From positions 1,240,001 through 1,304,000 of the forward strand of contig OZ287069.1 in NCBI GenBank assembly GCA_965645245.1: DNA of 64,000 nucleotides, in the 5' to 3' direction. This document shows, one piece after another, positions 1 through 11,600 of the stretch; position 1 is the stretch's first letter, and the number at the start of each line of letters is the position of its first letter. The position numbers and the translations under genes were made by a program. The notes beneath the pieces were generated by a model. The model had not been told where the DNA came from. It searched no databases and worked only from the letters and a program-made list of their open reading frames with translations. This DNA comes from Massalongia carnosa (lineage: Eukaryota).

Positions 1-3000
1 ATGAAGTTATTTGATTGTTCGAATTCATCAGTTTTGTGAACTATGTCCGAAAGGGAGTGCAAAACACGAATAAGCTAACTAGGATGTCGTTTATTTGTTT
101 GTTTTTCGTCTTCGTTCCATTCGGCATATTTGTTGTTCCATAAGCTAGTATCAAAACCGATGTTCTCGAATTTCATCGAATATGTGTTTGAAATTCTTTG
201 ACAAATGGGATTATTTTCGGCAATCTTTAACAATCGAATAGCATATTTTTGATTTTTCATCAATAATCGTAGTTTGACAGGTAGAATATGTGATTGAATT
301 TCCATCGCCTGAACAGGTGTGGTTTTGAATTTTCCTAAAATCTTTCGAATCATACGATTTTGCAAATTCTGAAATAGTTTTTCATATTTCTGTTGACCTT
401 TGTACCAATTTCTGAACCATAATCCGAAATAGGAACTATGCATGACAAATAAAGCTGTCTACATGCAGTCGGTTTAAGACCCCACTCTGATTTCATCAAA
501 TTTTGAACCCCAAAGAATGACCGATTTGCAGAAGAAATTCGAGTTTCGACGTGTTTTTTGTAAATCAGTTTTCGGTCGAGCCAAATTCCCATCCATTTGA
601 CTACATTTTTCGGTTCCAGTATAGTTCCGTTTGGTAATTGTAGTGTGTCTTTCGATGCATTTCTTGTCTTTTCGAAGTGAATCAGTTCGGATTTTTCGTC
701 ATCATATTTGACATTATTCGATGCGGCCCAATCAAATGCAGTTTTAACTATGATTTCGATTTCTTTGCAATTCTGTTTTGCAGTTTTGTTTTTGATATAT
801 ATTGCAACATCGTCTATAAAACTAGGAGAATGTGTATTGAATTTCATTCCTATTTTCGGAAACAAGTGACGAATGTAAATCAGAAATAGAATAGGCGAGA
901 TTGGTGAGCCTTGTGGAATTCCTGATTCGACATTATAGGTTTTGCTTTTATTTTCATCGAATATTAGATTGACCGAGCGTTTTGTCATAAAATTTTCGAC
1001 CCATTGAATAACTATACAAGATATCTTCAGGTTTTTCATGATATTTAACAGCTGATTAATCGATACAAAGTCAAATGCGCCTTTGATGTCGAGTAATAAA
1101 CATGATAAAACGTTCTTTTTTCGGTTCGCTATTTCGATATCATGAACGACGGTCATTACTGCGTCAATTGCAGAGTGATTTTTGCGTCCGCCCATCTGTT
1201 CGATGTCTAATAAATTCGAATTTTCGCCGAAGTAGGCAAGGCGATTTGCAACGATTTTCTCAGCAATTTTACCAAGTCAGTTTAGTAAAGTGATAATCCG
1301 ATATGATTTTGGCAGCGAATAATCTGATTTATTAGGTTTTTTCAAAACTGCACCGAGTCCTGTTCGCCAGCATAACGGATGATAACCGGTTTGAATGAAT
1401 TTTGAATAAATCATAAAAAACACATTTTTCAACGATTGAAACGATTTTTGAACAGTTGTAAAATTGATTGCATCAGGTCCACATGATTTTTTCGGATTAA
1501 ACAAACTAATCGCATTTTGCAACTCGTTTTCGGTCAAATCCGGCCAATTATTGTCATCTTCGTTGTCTTTATTCGATAAGTCTTCGACATTATAGTCTAT
1601 AAATGGGTTTTTTGTGTACATTGCTGCAACAAATGCATCGCATTTGTCATCGAATTGAATATTTAACTTATTTTCATATTGAATTGGTGGTATTTTTCTG
1701 AATATGCGCGGTTTAGTGTATTTATATGCTGTAAATAGGTCTTTATTCGCTGCATTTTCTAGAAAAGTCAACCAAGTTTGTTGTTTTGCTTTTCGAATTG
1801 CATGAAAATATTCGATTCGGCTATGTTTAAAGGTTCTATGACTAAAATCTGAGGGATAATTCTTCCATTCTCGTCGATGTCTAGACATAATTTTTCGGAG
1901 TTCAGTTAAATCTTGCGACTACCAATTTTTTGATTTTGCACATATTTTGGTCTTCGGAATAAACATTTCAGCTGCGTCTTTAATAATATCTTGCAAATAG
2001 ATCGCTTCTTCGTCGAATTGATGATTATTCAATAAACTTTGAACCTGTGTTTCGTAGTTTATTGAATTTTCATCTAGAAACCTCGCGAACTTGTCCCAAT
2101 CGGCTTTATTGCAATTGTATTTGTTTGATAATGCGGTTGCATGTGTCGACAAATTCTTGAAAGATGCGATTAATTCAAATCGAATGACTTCATGATCTGA
2201 ACCTGTGACTGCGTTTTTATCGATTGACCAATTTGTTATAGCATTTTCGGATTTAGAATTTGCAAATGTTAAATCAATAACAGATGAAGAACTTCCAGAA
2301 TGGGCGTAAAATGTACAGAAATCAGACGTATTAATCGAACTACACTTTTTCTATTTAACCATTTCACTAGATTTTCAGATCGAATTGCATGCTGAATTTT
2401 TGAATTCCACCAGTTATGATGTGCATTGAAATCCCCACATATTACGAATTGATCATTGAATGTAGGTTGATATTTGACTATTAGTCGGTCGATTGTATAT
2501 GTTTCCAGATCGTTTTGACTTTTTTCATTGTAAATGTTGATAATCTGTACTTTTCGAATATCATCAATTGTAATCTGGATAATTTGCATATCGAAATCGT
2601 CAATAAGATCCGTTCTAGGCGTGCATTATAATTTCGAATTGCATTTAGTGACAAATACAGCTACTCTCAAGCGATAAGCTGCTATTTTCGGCATAATGCA
2701 TGTGAATGACGGATGAGAAATAGTTTTTTGATCGCGTGTCCAAGGTTCCCGAAATAAAACAATATCAATTTGATTTAATACTGCATATTCCAGACACGAA
2801 AAAATTGCATTCGTTGACTTTGCACAATTGTGTTGAATAAATTTGACATTTTGTGTATTTTCGATGTTTGTCAACGAATGTTGTCCTGCAATTACAACAC
2901 GGAAAATTCGTCAGTCGATTTCCGAACGTTTAACGATGCAATCATTTCACATCGTTCATCATTGGACTGATGATTTAGATTGCAATTGACGCATTTGACG

Positions 3001-4143
3001 ACGACATGTGCACACGCGATTTTGGATTTGCAAGTTATGCATTCATGATTGTGAGTTTCATGATTTTGTGCACATATATTGCATTTCGCTTGATTTTTGC
3101 ATTGATAATGCTTGTGTCCAAATTTTTGGCAATTGATGCATTGCGTATTTGGTCGAACGGAGGTAATATTTCCGTGTCAAAGTGTCTTCCCGCGATATTT
3201 ACTCCTTTCAACGCGTTCAAAGCCATATTTCGATCATTGAACGTCAAAACAAAAGACGATTTGATCTTGTTTTGACGATCACGTGCTAGCCATCTTGGAA
3301 TATCGCATAATTGCATGTTCGAATTGAACTTTTGAATTTCATCCTGCAAATATTGCATGTTTTTATCAATCGTTGCAATATTTATGCCATGCGCGATTAC
3401 TTTAAACCACGATTCATCCTTTCGAACTGTTCGTGGGTCGAATAAATGCTCCCATATTGATTTATTGTTCAATAAATCTTCAGCAGTGTTCTCTAGACTA
3501 GTAGTCAGAACGATGTTTTGTCCCGCTTTGGACTTTTCGACCGTGTTGACAACGATAGTCAATTTCGCGTCTTTAAAAAGCAAATTGATTTGGTTTCGAA
3601 GCAACAATGAATCGATATCGCCGATTTGAGCTTTAGGTGTAATTATTAATCGTCTTGATTTAATCGCGTTGAAATCGTCCGTATTATCGAATTTGTTCGA
3701 ATTATAATTAATATTCGATTTTTTCGTTCGAGAAACGGTGGTCCAATTTTCGGAATTAGCAGTTGCTCTTCCGAACATTTGACTCCATGTTTTAGTTGAC
3801 TCGTTGACCTGCAGCCCCGAGACCTCGGCGGTTCCCCTCCGAATGGCTTGTTTGACGTTTTTAGTCAAATTCGAATTTCCATTCGAATTTGCTTGCGTAG
3901 GTCGCACCGATTGTTCCGTTGTTTCTGGAATTTTGCTAGTTTGTTCTAGCACCCTATTAAATTTCCAATCAATCATTTCCAGCGTTGCTTTAGGCTTGAT
4001 TGTTTTCTTTGTCAGTAGAGAGTTGATGTTATCAATGAAAATAGCCGTTTCGGGATTTTGATCTAATACGAATGACTCCAATAGTGCGTTTTTAGCTGTA
4101 TTCAATAGTTGAATTAATTTCGTTCCATTGATGACTTCTTGAA
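1..4143 (-). mobile_element. Degenerate Tad1-like LINE (copy I), 5'-truncated within ORF1; runs off the window start inside ORF2
   Basis: ORF 3035-4162(-) matches ORF1 of the intact copy. Fragments 2626-2874, 2269-2589, 1919-2152, 1277-1888, 350-1195 and 75-443 are frameshifted APE/RT pieces (GDFNAHH, QGSPISP, FIDD). Confidence 0.93.
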
Positions 4144-6973
4144 CCCAAGGACCAAAGACCACCTATCGAAACACAAGTACCGGAACTTTTGATACTCTAT
4201 AACTTTCACAGTCAATTGAACATCTCTTTCTCAGTCATTTGAGCTCCTCCAGAGCAAAAACGGACTCAGATTGAGTTTAGGAGAGCTCTAGCAAAGCTCC
4301 AACAGAGATTTTCTGCTGGTCGCACGCGACAGACGTGATAAAGCGCGCTCAAGAAGTTATAAAAAACAACAAATACCAACAATATCACCAAAAATCGCTC
4401 TTTTTTCTCACTTTCTTCTGTTCTGTTGTCGCATTACCCTCAATTATTAACTACAAGAATTATCTACAAAAAATATCTACTGTCGCGGTACTGTACAACA
4501 ACTGTCGCGACGACCAACTTTTTTGAAGTTCATTTCTCATTTAAGGTTACAAATTTTTACAGTATATTTCACGTATAATTTCTGCATATACCATTTTAGG
4601 CTTTATCGATCTCAATTGAACGGCCGGTCAACAGATCACTGAAAAGAAGGGGAAAAACGTCTGGAATAGGATTATACCAAAGATCCTATTTCAGATTAAT
4701 CAGAATAGGAAGTCTCTTATTATCTTACCTTGCCTTAGATCTATTTTTATCGCAAAAAAGCAAAAAAAACTTTCATTATTTTCAACTATTGTAGTGTCTG
4801 GTAAAGGGTTAAATAAGATTTACTGCCTAAGCGAGGAACGGTCTATTTTAACTCGATTAGGATTTATTTGACGAGTTATTGTCATATAAATAGGGATAGG
4901 AAAGCAAGAGTCGTTAGACCTGTAAATTGGTGTAAATTTCTATTCTGATTAGTACGTCCGGGGAACATCAGAATAAATTATTTGGTGGTGATAAAAGGGA
5001 TATTGAAAAGGCATATCGATTTATTTATTAAATCATTTTCAATCCGGTACTCCCTAGGACTCGACGAATTATATCGAGAGCCTCCCCGGGAACACCCCTA
5101 AGCACTCCTCAAAACCCTCCCCAAATGGAATCTCCGGGGCTCTCGTCAGTAGGACTTATAAAAAAATCGCCTGTACTTGACGAGACTATGGATCAATCAC
5201 AAGAATATTCGTCCGCCCCGACTACGCCGACCCCAAAAGCAACCAAATTCCTATCTGGACAATTTACTACCAATCTACCCATGCCATCGTTAAATTCTAA
5301 TATAGAATTAAGCCCGCCTATCAAACGTAACAAACGAAAAACATTCGACGAACGAGTAGAGGAAAGCTAAGAAGCAATCAATCGAGCACAATCGATTTGA
5401 TTACTCAAAACGGCTAAAACTGCGTTATTGAAGTCATTTGTCTTAGATCAAAATCCAGAAACAGCAATGGTCATTGATAATGTCAATTCCTTATTGACAA
5501 AAAAATCAATTAATATAAAAACAACACTAGACATGATGAATTGGAAATTGGACAAGGTAATTGATCAGACTAGTAATCGAACCTCAGAAACATCGCGAAA
5601 ATCGACTCGGGTTCAACAAGTCAATACGACTGAAAATCCAAATAAAGTCGTCAACACGAACGCATGAAAGGAAACCGCCGGGGTTACGAGTACAAAGGTC
5701 AATAACACGCCTCCATCCTGTAGTCAAATGCTTGGAAAAGAAACTGCGAATTCCGAAAATTGGACCACTGTTTCCAGATCGAAAAATTCGAGTCAAACCT
5801 CGAACAAATTCGACAAAACCGACGAATTAAATGCAATCAAACTCAGACGACTGATAATTACACCAAAAATTCAAATCGGCGATATCGACTCATTGAAACT
5901 TCGAGATCAAATCAACGCGCAATTCAGCAATGCGAAGTTAGATATCGTAATCAACACGGTAACACGGAGTAAAAATGGGGAAAAATTGACGATACATAGA
6001 TGGGTTATAAAGGGTTGATTTATTTGTAATATAGAAACATATCCTAAAATAAATCACGTTTACTGCAAATTGAATCGAGCCCACGCCTGAACAACAAGAA
6101 ACACAAGTACCGCAACTTTTGATACACTATAACTTTAACAGTCAATTGAGCCTCTATTTCTCAGTCATTTGCGCTCCTCCAGAGTTAAAACGCTCACAGA
6201 TTGAGTGTAGGAGAGCTCTAGCAAAGCTCCAGCAGAGTTTTTCTGCTGGTCGCACGCGACCGACGTGATAAAGCGCGCTCTAGAAGTTGGAAAAAACAAC
6301 AGATACCAACAACCTCACCAAAAATCGCTCTTTTTTCTTGTTTTCTTCTGTTCTGTTGTCGCATGACCTTCAATTATTACTATAAAAATTATCTACAAAA
6401 ATTATCTACTCTCGCGGGACTGTACAACAACTGTCGCGACGTCAGAGTCTTCTAAAGTTCATTCCTCATTTAAGGTTACGGGAACTTCCGCAAGCACAAA
6501 TTTTCATAGCATATTTCACGTATAATTTTTGCACATTCCATTTTCGGCTTTATAGATCTTCGTTGAACGGCCGGTCAACAGATCACTGAAAAGAAGGGGA
6601 AAAACGTCTGGAATAGGATTATACCAAAGGTCCTGTTTCAGATTAATCAGAATAGGAAGTCTCCTATTGTCTTACATTGCATCAAAATTTATCTTTATTG
6701 AAAAAAGCAAAAAAAAAACTTTCATTATTTTCACCTATTGTAGTGTCTGGTAAAGGGTTAAATTAGACTTACTGCCTTAGCGAGGAACGGTCTATTTTAA
6801 CCCGATTAGGATTTATTTGACGCGTTATAGTCAAATAAATAGGGATAGGAAAGAAAGAGTCATTTGACCAGTAAACAAACAGGTGTAAATTCTATTCTGA
6901 CTAGTACGTCCGGGGAAAGTCAGAATAAATTATTTGGTGGCGATAAAAGGGATATTGCAAAGGCAAAAACACT

Positions 6974-8632
6974 ATGCTCAATCGAAGATTTAACCCGATA
7001 GGTCATAGACCAAATCGATTGATACCAACAACTCCTCCCCCAGGCCCCCCTCCACAACATCTATGGGTCCCCCCGAGTACTCCCCCGTGCCCCCCCCGAA
7101 CCGACTCCCCCACGCCATCTTCGGTAGCGATAATTGGGAGCAACCCCCTAACCGTAGAATCCACGGAGGCCATGGACCAAACGCGAGAATTTTCGTCCGC
7201 ACCGTCCACACCCACCCCAAAAACGAAACCTTTTGTCGCGCCATCTGGTGAATTCAGTACCAATCTGCCCATGCCATCATTGAATTCTGATATTCGACTG
7301 AGTCCACCAATTAAACGCAACAAAAGACGAACATTTGACGAACATTCGATTGAGAGTCAAGAAGTCATCAATCGATCAAAATCGATTCAACTATTGAATA
7401 CGGCAAAAAATGCATTATTAGAGTCATTCGTAATAGATCAAAACCCCGAAACGGCTATGGTCATCGATCACGTCAATTCTCTACTGGCAAAGAAATCGAT
7501 CAAGCAAAAAGCAACGTTAGAAATGATTGATTGGAAATTGAATAGGGTGCTAGAACAAACTAGCCAAATTCCAGAAACAAAGAGACAATCGGTGCATCCT
7601 GTACAGACAAAATCGAAGGGAAATTCAAATGGAAATTCGAATTTGACTCAAAACGTCAACCCAGAAATTCGGAGCGAAACCGCCGGAGTCCCAGGGCCGC
7701 AGGTCAACGATACAGCTAGAACATGGAGCCAAATGCTCGGAAAAGCGACTGTCAATTCCGAAAATTGGACTACCGTTCCTCGATCCAAAAAAACAAACAA
7801 GAACAACAACAATAATTCGAATGCGAACAAATTCGATAATACTGACGATTTCAAGGCGATCAAATCTCGACGATTGATAATCACACCGAAAGCTCAAATC
7901 GGCGATATCGATTCACTGTTGCTTCGAAACCAAATCAATTCGCTTTTTAAAGACGCGAAATTGACTATCGTTGTTAACACGGTCGAAAAGTCCAAAACGG
8001 ATCAAAACATCGTTCTGACTACTAGTCCTGATAACACTGCTGAAGATTTATTGAACAATAAATCAATATGGGAGCATTTATTCGACCCACGAACAGTTCG
8101 AAAGGACGAATCGTGGTTCAAAGTTGTCGCACACGGTGTAAATATTGCAACATTTGATGAAAACATGCAATATTTGCAAGACGAAATTCAAAAGTTCAAT
8201 TCGAACATGCAATTATGCGATGTTCCCAGATGGCTAGCACGTGATCGTCATAACAAGATCAAATCATCCGTTGTTTTGACATTCAATGATCGAAATATGG
8301 CCTTGAACGCGTTAAAAGGAGTCAATATCGCGGGCCGACATTGTGACACGGAAATATTTACCTCCGTTCGTCCAAACACACAATGCATTAATTGTCAAAA
8401 ATTTGGACACAAGCATTATCAATGCAAAAGTCAAGCGAAATGCAGCATATGTGCGCAAAACCATGAAACACGCAATCATGAATGCACAACATGCAAGTCA
8501 AAAATTGCTTGTGCACACGCCGTCGTCAAATGCGCGAATTGCAACAAGAATCATCAATCCAATGATGAAAATTGTGAAATGGTTATATCGTTAAATGTTC
8601 GAAAATCGACTGACGAATTAGCCGCTTTGTAA
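6974..8632 (+). CDS. LINE ORF1 (gag-like nucleic-acid-binding protein; Pro-rich N-terminus, C-terminal Cys/His knuckles)
   Basis: 552 aa open frame with CINCQKFGHKHYQC, CSICAQNH…C and CANCNKNH…C, as in Tad1-clade ORF1. Confidence 0.93.
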   Translation: MLNRRFNPIGHRPNRLIPTTPPPGPPPQHLWVPPSTPPCPPRTDSPTPSSVAIIGSNPLTVESTEAMDQTREFSSAPSTPTPKTKPFVAPSGEFSTNLPMPSLNSDIRLSPPIKRNKRRTFDEHSIESQEVINRSKSIQLLNTAKNALLESFVIDQNPETAMVIDHVNSLLAKKSIKQKATLEMIDWKLNRVLEQTSQIPETKRQSVHPVQTKSKGNSNGNSNLTQNVNPEIRSETAGVPGPQVNDTARTWSQMLGKATVNSENWTTVPRSKKTNKNNNNNSNANKFDNTDDFKAIKSRRLIITPKAQIGDIDSLLLRNQINSLFKDAKLTIVVNTVEKSKTDQNIVLTTSPDNTAEDLLNNKSIWEHLFDPRTVRKDESWFKVVAHGVNIATFDENMQYLQDEIQKFNSNMQLCDVPRWLARDRHNKIKSSVVLTFNDRNMALNALKGVNIAGRHCDTEIFTSVRPNTQCINCQKFGHKHYQCKSQAKCSICAQNHETRNHECTTCKSKIACAHAVVKCANCNKNHQSNDENCEMVISLNVRKSTDELAAL

Positions 8633-11600
8633 TGGCAGGACAGCATTCGTTGACAAACATCGAAAATACACAAAATGTTAAATTTATTCAACATAATTGT
8701 GCAAAGTCAACGAATGCAATGATATCGTGTTTGGAATATGCTTTATCAAATCAAATTGATATTGTTTTGTTTCAGGAACCATGGACACGAGATCAAAAAA
8801 CAATATCACATCCGTCATTTACATGTATTATGCCAAAAATAGCGACTTATCGCTCGAGAGTAGCTATATTTGTCACAAATGGCAATTCCAAACTGCAATG
8901 CACGCCTAGAACGGATCTTATTGACGATTCCGATATGCAAATTATTGAAATTACAATTGATGAAGTTCGAAAAGTGCAGATTTTCAATATTTATAACGAA
9001 AAAAGTCAAAGTGATCGAGAAACATACACGATCGATCGACTTTTAATCCAATTACAACCAAAATCAACTGATCAATTCGTCATCTGTGGAGATTTCAATG
9101 CACATCATAACTGGTGGAATTCGAAAATTCAACAAGCAATTCGATCAGAAAATCTTGTCAAATGGTTGAAATTAAACAGGTGTAGCTTGATAAACACACC
9201 TGACTTATGTACATACTGCGCCCATTCTGGAAGTTCTTCATCTGTTATTGATTTAACTTTTGCAAATTCTAAAATCGAAAATGCAATTACAAATTGGTCA
9301 ATCGATGAAAACGCAGTCACAGGTTCAGATCATGAAGTCATCCGATTTGAACTAATCGCATCTTTCAAAAACTTGACGTCACATGCAACCGCATTATCGA
9401 ATAAATACAATTGCAATAAAGCTGATTGGAATAAATTCGCGAAGTATCTAGACGAAAATTCAACCATCTATGAATCACAAGTTCAAAGTTTATTGAATAA
9501 TCATCAATTCGACGAATCAGCGATATATTTGCAAAACATTATCAAAAACGCGGCTGAAATGTTTATTCCGAAAACGAAAATTTGTGCAAAATCGAAAAAT
9601 TGGTGGTCGCATGATTTAACTGAACTTCGAAAAACCATGTGCAGACATCGTCGAGAATGGAAGAATTATCCGTCCGATTTTAGTCATCGGACGTTTAAAC
9701 ATAGTCGAATCGAGTATTTTCATGCAATTCGAAAAGCAAAACAACAAACCTGGTTGACTTTTCTAGAAAATGCAGCGAATAAAGACGTGTTTACCGCGTA
9801 TAAATATACTAAACCGCGCATATTCGAAAAAATACCGCCGATTCTACATGAAAACAAGCTAAATGTTCAGTTTGATGACAAATGCGATGCATTTGTGTCA
9901 GCAATGTATACAAAAAACCCATTTATTGACGATAATGAGGAAGATTTATCAAATCAAGACAGCGTAAATGATGATAATTGGCCAGATTTGACCGAAAACG
10001 AGTTGAAAAATGCGATTAGTTTATTTAATCCGAAGAAAGCATGTGGACCTGATGCAATCAATTTTACAATTGTTCAAAAATCGTTTCAATCGTTGAAAAA
10101 CGTGTTTTTCATGATTTATTCGAAATTCATTCGAATCGGTTATCACCCGTTATGCTGGCGGACAGGACTCGGTGCAGTTCTGAAAAAACCTAATAAATCG
10201 GACTATTCGTTTCCAAAATCATATCGAATTATCACATTATTAAATTGTCTTGGTAAAATTGCTGAGAAAATCGTTGCAAATCGACTAGCCTACTTCGGCG
10301 AAAATTCGAATTTACTCGATATCGAACAGATGGGCGGACGCAAAAATCATTCTGCAATTGACGCAGTAATGAACGTTGTTCATGATATTGAAATTGCAAA
10401 TAGAAATAAAAACGTCTTATCATGTTTATTACTCGATGTCAAAGGCGCATTTGACTTTGTCTCGATTAATCAACTGCTAAATGTTATGAAAAAGCTGAAA
10501 TTATCTCGCATAATAATTCAATGGGTCAAGCATTTCATGACAAAGCGATCGATCAATTTGATATTTGATGAAAATTTAAGCAAAACATATTATGTCGAAT
10601 CAGGAATTCCACAAGGCTCACCAATCTCGCCTATTCTATTTCTGATTTACATTCGTCACTTGTTTCCGAAAATACGAATGAAATTCAATGCACATTCTCC
10701 CAGTTTTATTGACGATGTTGCAATATATGTCGAAAATAAAACTGCAAAACAGAATTGCAAAGAAATCGAAATCATAGTCAAAACGGCCTTTGATTGGGCC
10801 GCATCGAATAATATCAAATTTGATGACGATAAATCCGAGCTGATTCACTTCGAAAAGACAAGAAATGTATCGAAAGACACATTGGAATTACCAAACGGGA
10901 CAGTACTAGAACCGAAAAATGTAGTCAAATGGTTGGGCGTCTGGTTAGACCGAAAACTAAATTTCAAAAAACACGTCGAAACGCGGATCTCTTCTGCGAA
11001 TCGATCGTTTTTTGCAATTCAGAATTTGATGAAATCCGAATGGGGTCTGAAACCGACCGCATGCAGACAGCTCTATATGTCATGCATTATTCCTATTTCG
11101 GACTACGGCTCAGAAATTTGGTATAATGGTCAAAAGAAATATGAAAAACTATTTCAGAACCTACAAAATCAAATGATTCGAAAGATTTTAGGAACTTTCA
11201 AAACCACACCTATTCAGGCGATGGAAATTGAATCACATGTTTTACCAGTTAAACTTCGATTATTAATGAAAAATCAAAAATACGCAATTCGATTATTGAA
11301 GATTGCCGAAAATAACCCTATTTGTCAAAGAATTCCAAACACATATTCGATAAAATTCGAAAATATCGGTTTTGACACAAGTTTATGGAACAACAAATAT
11401 GCCGAATGGAACGAAGACGAAAAACAAACAAATAAACGTCATCCTAGTCAGCTTATTCGCGTTCTTCATTCCGTTTCCGATATAGTTCACAAAACTGATG
11501 AATTTGAACAATCAAATCATTTTATTAAACCTTGGAAATCGCCTTGCAAAATCAAATTTCAAATCGAAAATACAAAGGAATCTGCTAAATCAAGTTATTA

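Noticed and set aside
6974..8632. EKA-type effector gene
   Set aside because: It is the ordinary ORF1 of a complete LINE with no signal peptide; nothing here indicates domestication.
10700..10720. FIDD in place of YADD as an inactivating RT mutation
   Set aside because: It is conserved in nearly all copies here, and F-x-DD is common in non-LTR RTs.
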